Source: Octopus sinensis
Taxonomy: Eukaryota
Length of the DNA: 64,000 nt
Direction of reading: 5' to 3'
Assembly (NCBI RefSeq): GCF_006345805.1
Contig: NC_043000.1
Location: 90,830,001-90,894,000, forward strand
In this document: positions 23,865-35,894 of the stretch, in pieces
Layout of the letters: each line of letters begins with the position of its first letter
How positions within the stretch are numbered: the stretch's first letter is position 1
Program-made: the position numbers and the translations under genes
The notes under the pieces: model-generated
What the model was told of the DNA's origin: nothing
The model's database searches: none
Seen by the model: the letters and a program-made list of their open reading frames with translations, nothing else

Positions 23865-24283
23865 GATCTTGAAATAGAAATCAGCAAAATGTGGAAGCTG
23901 AAGACTAAAACAATACCTGTTGTCATAGGTGCCCTGGGAATGATAGCAAAAGGGGCTGATAGCTACCTAACTCAGATACCAGGAAACCCAAAAATGGCAG
24001 AAGTTCAAAAGATAGTGCTCATGGGAACTGCTCATATCCTACGCAAAATACTCTCTATGTAACCTCAAGGTTTAAAACAACCATAATTTTCGGTTTAAAA
24101 AAAAAAAAAAAAAAAACTTTTTTTTTTTTTTAGACATTCATTAGTACAACATCCCCACCCCCCAAATATATGGCACACTAGGCATAACAACAACATGAAC
24201 TTCCAACCCTGTTGTCTCTTGAGGTCTCTGGGTGAGACTTGGAGCCAACTTGTACAAATATAAAGCAAAAGTCAAACATAGAA
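23862..24283 (+). mobile_element. 3' end of R4/Dong-like LINE between two (AAT)n tracts
   Basis: KDLEIEISKMWKLKTKTIPVVIGALGMIAKGADSYLTQIPGNPKMAEVQKIVLMGTAHILRKILSM* is a typical RLE C-terminus; 3' UTR ends in aataataat. Confidence 0.8.
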
Positions 24284-24301
24284 TAATAATAATAATAATA
24301 T

Positions 24302-24438
24302 CAAAAATGTACCTTAGGAATGAGAACCCAGGTTCGAAATTTTCGCAAGACACTAGATGAAGGCTGGAGGGTATATCAGCCGAAACGTTGTGTTAACAAC
24401 AACCAAGATGAGGGCAAATATCTGTCAATTGTAAATAA
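24302..24438 (+). mobile_element. Hammerhead-bearing repeat copy with mutated core (TAGATGA)
   Basis: Colinear with 23258-23395; stem II ggctgg/tcagcc intact. Confidence 0.7.
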
Positions 24439-25148
24439 TTTAGATAATGAATATATAACTGGTTGCTATTTTACCGTTCTTCTATAGATGAATTTGAAAT
24501 ATGTCTCGTTTGAATTTTTATTCTATCTAAATTTCATTGGGTAATAGAGCGGTTATGCTTGGAAATTGAGTGGCGGGAAAGTCTTGTTACACATGATATT
24601 TGGCAGCAACCTGTTGATGATAATGTTTGCCTTTTGTTGACAGAAAGAACTGATAATTTGAAAAAAAAAAAAAGAAATATTCAAAACAAAACAAACCATG
24701 ACAATATTAAGATATTTGAGAATTTTAATCAGTATTAATGTATTCTCCATTTCAAATTGGATTTTATTTTATTTATTTATTTATATTTTAGTAAAGAAAA
24801 AAAAATATTTTAAATTCTTATTGAATGTCAGAAAGAAAATAAAATGCCAAATACAAAATTTTGTTAAAAACTTATGCTTCGGATAGTTCATTGCTGTTGA
24901 GTGAATAAGTGAATGAATGAAATAACGAATGAATGAGAAATGAAGTTGGCAGTTGATAATAATGATGCTGCTGCTGCTGCTGATGATGATGATGAAAAGG
25001 AGTAGTGTGATGATAATGATGATAAAGACTGAATTATATACATACATACATACATACACTATATATACATATATGCACCGATATATGCACACACAGTCAA
25101 ACACTCACATACATACATATCTGCTCGTGTGTGTGTGTGTGTATGTGT

Positions 25149-25189
<41 letters not shown>

Positions 25190-25881
25190 CGCTTTTATAT
25201 GCGTATACATCAGTTAAGTGTGTCCACACTGCTTTATTTCTGATACAGAAATACAACAATATACGCAGAGATATATGAAGTATACATATACATGTGCATG
25301 TATATACGCAGACAAAGACATACGTGAGCACATACAAGTACACACGTTTATGTATGCATGTATATGTACGCATACATATGTATGCATATCTCTTTGTGTG
25401 ACTATGTTTGTATATGTGTGTTTATGTGTAAAGTAAAAATCATGACTGTCACACCTTTTAAATAATTTGACATCAAAATTTTCCAGCAGTCAGACTGTGT
25501 TCTTTTTTCATTACACAATTAACATTTTAACAAAAATTGACCAATATTGTGTCCACATTTAAATGTGCTTCAGTTGTTTTCGAAATTTCCTATTAAAACC
25601 CATCATATCTAATTTTTATTTAAGATATTTGCTTCAAATGCCACTGTGTGATACGGTTCAGCGGATAACCTATTTAACTCTTTTCTGATGCTGTGAATTA
25701 ACTTCAAGATTTCTGTTGAATACTACTTATAATGTGTAATATTATTTATACAAACTTCTGAGCAGTTAATTAAATAATTTGACTCATGGGGTAATTATTA
25801 CTCGTCGCAATCTGGGTAGAACAATTCTTTGCGTTGCAAAAGCTATAAAACTGATGAGTTATTTTACTGAGATAAAATATT

Positions 25882-26469
25882 GATTTCACATTTTAACACA
25901 CGGCCGGCATTTCTGAGGGAGGAGTAAGTCGAATAGATCGACTCCAGTGTTCAACTGGAACTTATTTTATCGACCTCAGAAAGATGAAAGACAATGTCGG
26001 CTTCAATAGAATTTGAACTCAGAACGTAGCGGCAGACGAAATACCTATTTCTTTACTACCCACAAGGGTCTAAGCACAGAGAGGACAAACAAGGACAGAC
26101 AAACGGATTAAGTCGATTATATCGACCCCAGTGATTAACTGGTACTTATTTAATCGACCTCGAAAGGATGATAGGCAAAGTCGACCTCGGCGGAATTTGA
26201 ACTCCGAACGTAGCGGCAGGCGAAATACCTATTTCTATTTCTTTACTACTCACACGAGGCTAAACACAGAGGGGACAAAAAAGGACAGACAAACGGATCA
26301 AGTCGATTACATCGACCCCAGTGCGTATCTGGTACTTATTTAATCGACCCCGAAAGTATGAAAGGCTAAGTCGACCTCGGCGGAATTTGAACCCAGAACG
26401 TAACGGCAGACGAAATACGGCTACGCATTTCACCCGGCGTGCTAACGTTTCTGCCAGCTCGCCGCCTTA
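25882..26469 (-). mobile_element. Multimeric OK-like SINE (one head, three body units) flanked by a 17-bp TSD
   Basis: tactgagataaaatatt at 25865-25881 and 26470-26486; ~190-bp body unit repeated in tandem. Confidence 0.85.
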
Positions 26470-26486
26470 TACTGAGATAAAATATT

Positions 26487-26625
26487 CTTTTCTACTCTAG
26501 GCACAAGGCCCGAAATTTTTGGAGAGAAGGCCAGTCGATTAGACCAACCTCAGTACACAACTGGTACTTAATTTATCGAACCCGAAAGGATGAAAGGGAA
26601 AGTCGACCTCGGCGGAATTTGAAGT
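26487..26625 (-). mobile_element. 5'-truncated OK-like SINE abutting the multimer
   Basis: Flanked by ctgagataaaatatt (26472-26486) and ctaagataaaatatt (26626-26640). Confidence 0.8.
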
Positions 26626-27346
26626 CTAAGATAAAATATTTCAATAAAAATTATTTATTTGTTTTTAAACGGTTTACTTGATTTATAACGAAATACTAGA
26701 AATCAGTGGTTTTTAATTTTACCTTGTATTTCGGGGATAGGACCTCATCTTTAACAAAACCTCAGTAAAATGGTATTGTGCGTGGATTGCTCTGTTATGT
26801 AGTTAAGATTATATTTATGTTATTATTATCGTTTCATACTCTCCTGCATATGTTATGTCCTTGAACTGTTTACTCCTTGCTATCATAACCGTGGCTATAG
26901 ATTTTAGCAAACACTGTATGGTATGGCGAATGTAAACGGACAGAGAAACAAAAGATGGTTATACAAGCTACATATTTAAACACGTTTCGAGTATCACCTG
27001 TAGATGTGGATGTTATTGCATTCCTAACACACTGTTTATAAACTTACTAATATTATTTACTAAAGTGTATAGTGTTGACTAAAATGCATCTATAGATATA
27101 TTCTATTGTACATTACAGCCACGAAACTGTCGACAAATCAATAATATTCTTCGGACTAATAGGCAAAGGAATATTAAATATGAAAACTGGGTTATCTAGT
27201 TCATTTTAGTCACTAAAATATCTGTAAGTTTATAAGCAGGTTAGTGTTGGATAGTGAAAGAAGGTGCTCCGTTGCTAATAAAACTCCGAAGAAGTCTGAA
27301 ATGTAGTTGTCGATTCAGAGAAAGAGAGAGAGAGAGAAGAGGTAAA

Positions 27347-27426
27347 GCAGAAGAAGAAGAAGAAGAAGAAGAAGAAGAAGAAGAAGAAGAAGAAGAAGAA
27401 GAAGAAGAAGAAGAAGAAGAAGAAGA
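27347..27426. repeat. (GAA)n microsatellite
   Basis: Direct observation; source of the poly-Glu ORF. Confidence 0.95.
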
Positions 27427-28349
27427 TCTAGTACAATATTTATCAACTCAAGAAGGAAGTAATATTTAGATCTGGGGATTTGAATTCAGAGCGCAAACTC
27501 TCCGAACAAATACCGCAAGGCATCCTTCGCAACAATGCCAACAGCAAAAAATAAATTATAAAATGCATTCTAAAAAAGATACTGACAAATACTCTATACT
27601 GCCACCGATAATACGATCATTCGATTCTTTCCAGGATACGCTTTTTAATCATAAATATCAAAAGATATGTGATCCAACATTTCACCTATAAACTCATAAT
27701 TTGTTAGAATCTACCAACTTCTTATTTATTGATTAATCTGGACAAACGGACACCAGTATATTTGTTTAATGCCTTAAGGCTCCCTTATAGGACCAAATAC
27801 TGTTATTTATTTACCTTAAAAGCGTTTGTATCGCTATGATACTATGTCTAGAATTCGGGCATAAAAGAATGTGGAATGCTTTCTAAGCTTTCTCTATTTT
27901 ATAGACTCCCATTCTTAAATCTACCAAAACCCCTATAGATTCACTATACTCTAAGGATAATTCTTCAATATTTGCAACACAGTTCCTTGATATATACCCA
28001 ATCGTTATTACTTATTAATCTTCTTTTCCCAGACTTTCTGAATCTATAGAAATATATATGACGTTAAAATGTACTGCAAGGTAATCACATTCTCTTTCTA
28101 GCAGATCTATCAAATATTAGTACGCTTTGATGCATGTTGACAGATGCTGCACAGTACTGCTGCAAATGCACCCGCACAATTGCTAATAGAACCAATAAAG
28201 CTTAAAGCTACCGAATCTTGTTTGTAACCAATTGTCTTTTACACTATCTCTTTGATGCCAGTTAATCTAATTGTCAAATTCCAAGATATTTTTAGCATTT
28301 TACTTTCACTATCAGGTAATACACATGCAATGTGCATACACACACACAT

Positions 28350-28386
<37 letters not shown>

Positions 28387-28574
28387 CATACATACATATA
28401 TATTTATACATATATATATACACATACGTATATATGTGTGTATGCATATGTGTATATACATAAACAGACACATACATACACGCACGCGCTCACACACACA
28501 TATATATAAATACACATAAATACATACATACACAAGCATGTATTTTTGTATTCTAGTTTATATGATAATTGCAT

Positions 28575-29020
28575 GGCTTCTTAGATCTTTAGTTCTATTT
28601 CATCGATAACATAGGATTTTGATGTTGCAAATCATTATTCCTATGTCTTGAATACTCACCACTCCGAAGAAAAAATGTGTTATATTTTCCATCATGAAAA
28701 AATATTTTTTGAATCTCACAAATATTCGGATTGCCGGAAAGAGGATTTTCATTTATAAGCATATATTTAAATAGCAATAACACCGCTACAGGAGGAATTT
28801 CAACCGTGTTTCGTGGTCTGCTACCACAACAGCTCCTTTATAGGATCCAGTTAGCTCAAGATATCATCAGAAGGAACCACGTCCGGTTTCGGCCCCTACT
28901 CCTCTACCGTTTTGACGTGCCCCCCCCCTTTCGGAGGTGTCTTCAGCTCTGGTGTTGGGTACATGTCTTTTTCTTTCTTCTGTTCCCCGGCCTCTTCGAT
29001 GTAGCGTCAACAGTAACATA
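28575..29020 (-). mobile_element. Possible degenerate Penelope-like remnant
   Basis: ORF 28595-28783 (..ENPLSGNPNICEIQKIFFHDGKYN..) loosely resembles a GIY-YIG C-terminus, and the adjacent DNA has broken CTGAAGA/GAAACCGG motifs. Weak. Confidence 0.25.
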
Positions 29021-30540
29021 ATATGCTTGCAATGCAAGCCATAAAAGCTATAGCAGATGTGAATCAACTCCAGAAAGTTTGGAACTGGTATGTTAGAGAA
29101 GATTGTTCCGTCTTTCTCTACGTATTTATTCGAAAAAAAGCAAAGAGGAAAGGAGGGAGTTTCAGTTTCTTCCACATGGATTTGGTAGCTGTGTGGTAGA
29201 ATACTTGCTTTCTAGACAAGGGCAAACTATACGGAAACATATGACTGTTAGTTCAAAAGCAAGGATGAAGGAAAAAGGCAGAAACAGAGCGTGGGTTACA
29301 GGCCTACCTACATGATGTTGAATGAATATATAGGAAGTGGAGGAACAAAAGTGACGGCTAGAGTTGTTGGTTATGTTATGGAACTTAAGTTGAAAATATC
29401 TTTGCATGATTAAAGAAGAGACTGCGAATGCAGAGATGACACTCCAATTCGTCAGTTCCTGGTTTGGAGTGGTCTGCATGGGTGTCCAGCTAGTTCTGCA
29501 TCTCAAACGTCGGTATTTCTCTTCAAAGCCCGAAACCTTTTCACCCTCCATCAACTGTTGGCGTTCTACATAGCTCAGTCAGGCCCATAATAAATTATAA
29601 CATCAACATCCTGGAACGCATATAGACAAGGGCCTTTTAATTAATTTGCATGAAATCATCCAGTCTCTGCTCTGTGATATGCTACCTCTTTGGTCTGGCT
29701 TTTCTACTGTTAGCATGTCTTGTACCTGCTCAAAGGTGCTGGTGGTGAGCAAAAATATATAAAAATTGAAATTTCGAAATAAATTATTTATATTTTTTTT
29801 TATTGAATTGCTATTCCAATTGTTTAAAACACACGAATGCTAAAAAGATTAAGAGAAATTTCACTGTATTATTAAAGGAATGAGACATATTTTCACCAAA
29901 ATTCTAGACTGTGGAGAAAATTGTGATTAAAAAAATGGATTTTTGAGAAAGGTAAGCAAATGTGAGGTAAGCCGTATTTTTGAGGAAAAATTAAATTCGT
30001 ATAAATTGTCAAAATGTTTTTTTCTTTTTTCCTCTTCGTAATGTTGTTCGCTTTCAAAATAAAAATATTCTTTCTTTTATTCTTGAATTAAGCAAAAATT
30101 CGTTTACGTTTCGGCATTTCAAGAAATCCACGATGCTATTTGATATGATTTTTATTTTTATAAATAGAGCCTTGATGTGATTGTTCGAGCTGCAAGAAAG
30201 TGCAGTCAAATCTTCTATTTTAAACGTCATTACATTCCGATTCAGTCATATTCTCCCATATAAAGCAACAGCAACTTGAACAAAAACATGGAAAATAAAA
30301 ATAAAAACAGAGAAAAAAAACTGAGAACTGTGCAAATTCAAACAGAAACCCCAAAACCCCTTCCAAAAAAAGATGTTATCATAAAAATTTGCTGTAATTT
30401 TAGCCATACTGAAGTGAGTATATAGGAATATATGAGTTCAAAGAGAATGAGAGGAACGTTGAAGCTTTCAAAATAGCTAATAAAAATTAAAATTATATGC
30501 AGATATATGCAAAATAGAGTTATTATTAAGATTATACGAT

Positions 30541-30668
30541 ACATTATTTACATTCGACGGATATTTGTCCTCATCTTGTTTGTTGTTAACACAACATTTC
30601 GGCTGATATACCTCAAGTGTCTTGGGGAAATTTCGAACCTGGGTTCTCATTCCTAAGGTATTTTTCGA
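30541..30668 (-). mobile_element. Hammerhead-bearing repeat copy with core deletion
   Basis: Reverse complement ..aagacacttgaggtatatcagccgaaatgttgtgttaac.. lacks about 10 nt spanning the core end and the 5' strand of stem II. Confidence 0.75.
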
Positions 30669-30674
30669 TGTTGT

Positions 30675-30720
<46 letters not shown>

Positions 30721-30786
30721 TAATAATAATAATAATTATTATTATTATTATTATTATTATTATCATTATTGTTGTTGTTGTTGTTG

Positions 30787-30869
30787 TATATCAGCCGAAA
30801 CGTTGTGTTTACAACAAACAAGATGAGGACAATTATCCATCGAATGTAAATAATGTAAATAATGTACAT
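30787..30869 (+). mobile_element. Hammerhead-bearing repeat, 3' part, inverted relative to 30541-30610
   Basis: tatatcagccgaaacgttgtgtttacaacaaacaagatgaggacaattatccatcgaatgtaaataatgtaaataatgtaca. Confidence 0.75.
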
Positions 30870-31017
30870 AATTCCTCAACTCTTAAATATAGAACTGCAA
30901 GATTATACGATATTCATTTTAGGCAACACCAGGATGATCCTGGCATTTTGGTTACATAGAAATAGAGAACCATGCATTACGTACCCTTGCTCTATTGATA
31001 TTGCTGTTGTTGTCGTT

Positions 31018-31423
31018 AAGGCGGTGAGCTGGCAGAATCATTAGCACGCCAGACGAAATGCTTAGCGACATTTCGTCTGTCTTCGTGATCTGAGTTTAAA
31101 TTCTTCCAAGGTCGACTTTACCTTTTTTTCCTTTCGGGGTCGATAAATTAAACACTGAAGTCGATGTAATCGGCTATCCCCCTTCCCACAAAATCCAGGC
31201 CTCGTACCTATAATAGAAAGGGCTATTATTATTATTGTTATTATTCAAAATGTTTAACGGTATTTCGCCTGTCGCTACGTTCTGAGTTCAAATTCCATCG
31301 AGGTCGACTTTGCCTTTCATCCTTTCGGGGTCGATAAATTAAGTACCAGTGAAACACAGGAGTCAATTGTAATCGATTAGTTCCCTCCCCAAAATTTCAG
31401 GCCTTGCATCTTTGGTACAAAGG

Positions 31424-31425
<2 letters not shown>
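31018..31425 (+). mobile_element. Two tandem OK-like SINE copies
   Basis: Head aaggcggtgagctggcagaatc at 31018; second body from about 31258; both end in aggcct..gaaagg/aaaggattatt. Confidence 0.8.
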
Positions 31426-31456
<31 letters not shown>

Positions 31457-32033
31457 GAGTGAGAGAGCAGTGCATGCCATCAAAGTGACACTGGGGTAAA
31501 ATATACGAAGCCCAGTATACCCATCATGACTACCCGTCTGATAAGGGTACACTAGGCACATGCATCACAACCATATGTGCGCGACATGGTGATCTCATAT
31601 CAAAATAAACAGCACATGACCTTGCAGGTGAGGCCCAGTTAGAATTTTCTTCAGGTCGAGTAACCCATCCCACTCGAAAGGTCCCTGAAGAAGGGTTGTT
31701 TAAGGATGTTGAACGAAACACCCATGTTTCCAGAGGTGAATTATTCAAACCCCAAAGAATCCCTCTCAACACATGGCTATGATGCTCCCCCACTACTTCT
31801 GCTCATGATCAGAGATGCACATATCATCAGCCACTAAGGGACATGCTCAACTGGTTAAAGTCAAACAACTGACAAGCAAATCTGTGGTATTGAGCAGAAT
31901 ATTTGTTGTTGTCCATTTTTTATACCAAGACAAAACAATGTACATGATAACACTTCCAATGAGTTAAGATCAGAAGCCATGAGAGCCACTGCCTGGTATT
32001 GCATGAGGGCATGCTGGTACTGCATCAGGGCAT
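31457..32033 (+). repeat. Unclassified ~550-bp repeat, copy 3 of 3 (most complete)
   Basis: Embedded in (ATT)n on both sides; last ~21 bp duplicated (cctggtattgcatgagggcat / gctggtactgcatcagggcat). Confidence 0.85.
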
Positions 32034-32036
32034 TTA

Positions 32037-32098
<62 letters not shown>

Positions 32099-32106
32099 TA
32101 TTATTA

Positions 32107-32192
<86 letters not shown>

Positions 32193-32260
32193 ATAGTAGT
32201 AGTAGTATTAGTAATAGTATTAGTATTAGTATTAGTATTAGTATTAGTATTATTATTATT
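32034..32260. repeat. Compound (ATT)-(AGT)-(ATTAGT) microsatellite
   Basis: Direct observation; a similar array lies at 32470-32595. Confidence 0.95.
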
Positions 32261-32460
32261 AAGGCGGTGAACTGGCAGAGTCGTTAGCAAGCCGGACAAA
32301 ATGCTTAGCAGCATTTCACCCGTTTTTACAGTCTAAGTTCAAATTCCGCCGATCACGACTATGCCTTTCAGTCTTTCGGGTCGATACATAAGAATCATTT
32401 AAGCGCTGGAGTCGATCTAATCGACTTACTCATTTCTACCAAAATTTGAAACTATTACTA
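32260..32460 (+). mobile_element. OK-like SINE
   Basis: taaggcggtgaactggcagagtcgttagc...aaaatttgaaac. Confidence 0.8.
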
Positions 32461-32542
32461 TTGTGGTTGTTCGTAGTAGTAGTAGTAGTAGTAGTATCAG
32501 CAGCATTAGTAATAGTAGTATTAGTATTAGTATTAGTAGTAT

Positions 32543-32587
<45 letters not shown>

Positions 32588-32780
32588 TAGTAGTAGGATT
32601 GGCAATTCGTTTGTCAAACACGTTCCAGTCCTGTACGTTCTGGGTTCATATTCTTCCGAGATCAACTTAACTTTCCATTCTTCCAGATTCATGTGCTCGT
32701 GAAATGTTGGGGTATGTATGATCGATCACTCCCCTCCCCTCCCCTTATAATTAGTATTGTTATTATTATCATCGTCATTA

Positions 32781-33213
32781 GGGCGGCGAGCTGGCAGAAT
32801 CGTTAGCATGTCGGACGGAATACTTAGCGGCATTTCGTCTGTCTTTATGTTCTGAGTTCAAATGCCGCCGAAGTCGACTTTGCCTTTCATCCTTTCGGAG
32901 TAGATAAAATTGGTACCATTAAAGTACTGGGGTCGATGTGATCAACTAACCCCTACCACAAATTTCAGGCTTTGTGCCTATTACAGAAAGGATTATTATC
33001 ATCGTCATTAGGGCGGCCAGCTGGCAGACTTGTTATCACGCCGGGTAAAACTGCTTAGCAGCGTTTCGTCCATCTTTACGTTCTGAGTTCAAATTCCACT
33101 GAAGTCGGCTTTACATTTCCTCCTTCCGGAGTCGATAACAGAGTACTATCTGAACACTGAGGTCTTATTGACTTATTCCCGCCCCAACCTTACTGGCCTT
33201 GTGCTAAAATTTG
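32781..33213 (+). mobile_element. Two head-to-tail OK-like SINEs (32781-32991, 33011-33213) separated and flanked by one TSD
   Basis: attattatcatcgtcatta at 32762-32780 and 32992-33010; attatgatcatcgtcata at 33219-33236. Confidence 0.85.
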
Positions 33214-33410
33214 AAATCATTATGATCATCGTCATAATTACCATCATCCTAATCATTTGTGTTTGAGGTAAACATTCAACTTATCGCTCCGTAGAATTTG
33301 GATATACACCAATTATTTACTGGAGAAAAATATGTATTTTTAAACATTTCCGCAGAAACTCTATCAGAATCCCACGGACTTCTCACACATACTGAGTGAC
33401 AAACAGTGTT

Positions 33411-33481
<71 letters not shown>

Positions 33482-33774
33482 GTGTGTGTGTATTACTTTT
33501 AAACATAATTTAATTTATGTTTATATTCAACCGAAGATGGCTTGGAGTCATAGAGACAACACCCCATTGCGACTAACTCAAATGAATTCAACAGCAAAGG
33601 AAAACAAACAAACAAAGCAAATAAATTCCATTACTCAGCAGAACGTAAATATTCCACAGGGGTAACAAAAACAACAACAATAACAATAACAACAGAAAAG
33701 TTAACGACATTTGACAGAAAGTGATGTTATCTTGAACATTCGCAGCGATAACACGGAGAGCAGTACCCTCTCTT

Positions 33775-33778
<4 letters not shown>

Positions 33779-33853
<75 letters not shown>

Positions 33854-33894
33854 CACAACACACACACACACCACACACACACACACACAAGACA

Positions 33895-33930
<36 letters not shown>
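33779..33930. repeat. (CA)n microsatellite
   Basis: Direct observation. Confidence 0.95.
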
Positions 33931-33932
<2 letters not shown>

Positions 33933-35894
33933 CACACTTACTCTCCACTATGCAACACACGCCAGTCAATGCACACACACTGAGGCAAATTTTGCAAAAT
34001 CAAAAGTTCTGAAATTCTTAATATTTGTAACAAAAGAAACAACTTAGCTCTGTCTCTTGCTAACGCTACTTCAAGCAGAAGGACGCTAGATAAGAACCAC
34101 CCTGCTGAAGTAACATTGGCTGGAATTATTATTCCAAACAGAGGAACTCCACTTTGCGGTGAGCCGAACATGCAAAGCCCGCCCTCAATATTTTATATAA
34201 CTTAGAAGACAGCAATCCAGTCAGATTCTAACTCTACCGAAATAAATGAATATTTCATTAACCTGGAAGAATGGAAGGCTAAGTTGATCTCGGAAGAATA
34301 TGAACCCATAAGGTACAGGACCGGGTAGAATGGTTGCTTGGTTTCGTTACAGCCCTCAGTGGTACTCAGCTGTACAGTGAGTTGAATGTGAGAACTTCAT
34401 CTGCACAATATATTACATAACCCGGATAACAAGGATCCAAATAGGTTTTCGATGGATACGAGTAAAAATACCAGTAACGCAAAATACGCAATGAAAGTGT
34501 ATCGGTAATTAACCGTTTTTGTGGTCTAAGTACGTTGAATGATTATAAACCAAATTATTTATTGCCCTTCCCTGCTCAAATGAATCTTCCAAATGGTCAC
34601 AAAACCTTTGAGATGTTCAGGAACAACGAGTGAAGCACAATTAAATCATTGATGAAACGAGAAACAGGGAGAGTGAGAAAAACTGAATTATGGAAAAGCC
34701 GGTGTTTTTCCTGGAGAATTAAACAAGAACTAGACTTATTAGTGGTTTGTTCTTATGAACTTTGTGACATAGGTATACACGGTTCGGCTATCTAGTACAA
34801 GAGCTATCATCGGACATCTCTGTACTGAGACGGGGTTTTACTCCGATAACCTCGTGAAGAGTATATGGGTGCGTAATAGGTGGCGTGATCGAGTTGGACA
34901 AATCAGCGCAAGCTCGCTCGATCGGATGAAGTGCAGATTTAGATAAAAAAAAAATCAACAAACATTGTTGCTATGAATGCAAGAAGTGAAAAGAATTCAA
35001 AGACCTAGTTTTCGGTGACACACTTTTGCAAAAGGAAATTCTTTCTGATACTTATCCTTTTGTCATTTATTTTTGATATCTTCTTAGACATTTAATTTAA
35101 CTTTTTGTTTTCATTTTTTAATTTCGCTACTTATTGTTGATGTTTTAACGTCTACATGGTGACTTTGCGTATCTTTAATTAGTTACTTAATCTCAGAAAT
35201 AATTAAAACACAAAATATACTCGAAAAAGGAAGGAAAATGTCAAAAAACGCCAGACACTTTTCGTCTTTGTAAAGTGAATCGGCAAAAAGTGAGTGAAAG
35301 TGAGCGAATAAGAAAAAAAGAAAGACAAGAACGCGAAAAAAGATTTTAAAATAAATGAATAAATAATGAAATAAAAGCAAGGAAAAGACGCAAGGAAGGA
35401 AAACAAGAAAGAGTGAATGAAAGAACAACTTTAAAATACAATAATGAAAACTGAAATTCGGTAAGATATATATAATACATAAGGAAAACACGTAGGAAGT
35501 GAAGAATGAGAGAAGAATGAGACAAAAAGGCATAATGGGAACAAGGGGAAATGGAAAAGCATATAAATTTAGTTTAAGGGGAAAGATAAGAAGAAATGGA
35601 TGAATACGGAGGAGACAAAAATAAGACGAGACGAATAAACATTGTTCAACAAAAATGGTGTCGCAGAAAAGGAAACATGAGGTGAGTGGCAGATTGAATA
35701 AGGAAAGGAATAAGTAGGAAGAAAACTAGATATACAAGCAAAGTGTCATATAAATGAGGAAAGAAGAAAGAAAACAAAGTATGATAGAAAAAAGGGAAAG
35801 ATAAAAAGAAAAAAAGCAAGAGGACTTCTGTAACTCTTTCATTCTTTCATATTTTAGGAAAGAAAAAACAACAAAAGAAAGCGAAGGGTAGACA

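Noticed and set aside
25920-26420. Regularly spaced repeats resembling a CRISPR array or satellite
   Set aside because: Units are ~190-bp SINE bodies without unique spacers, in a eukaryotic context with no cas genes.
28800-28950. Hammerhead-like pieces (CTGAAGA, GAAACCGGAC, CTGATGA) on the minus strand
   Set aside because: Cleavage-site U missing or stem I unpaired in every arrangement tried.
29030-29740. Possible decayed DNA-transposon (hAT-like) coding remnant on the minus strand
   Set aside because: Many stops and no diagnostic motif I can name with confidence.
31684-31735. CTGAAGA...GAAAC hammerhead-like motif in the 550-bp repeat
   Set aside because: The other two copies read TGAATAAG, there are 6 extra nt before stem II, and no stem I forms; a chance match.
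33985-34204. Stop-free frame GKFCKIKSSEILN..PSIFYIT
   Set aside because: No acceptor or start codon and no recognisable domain.
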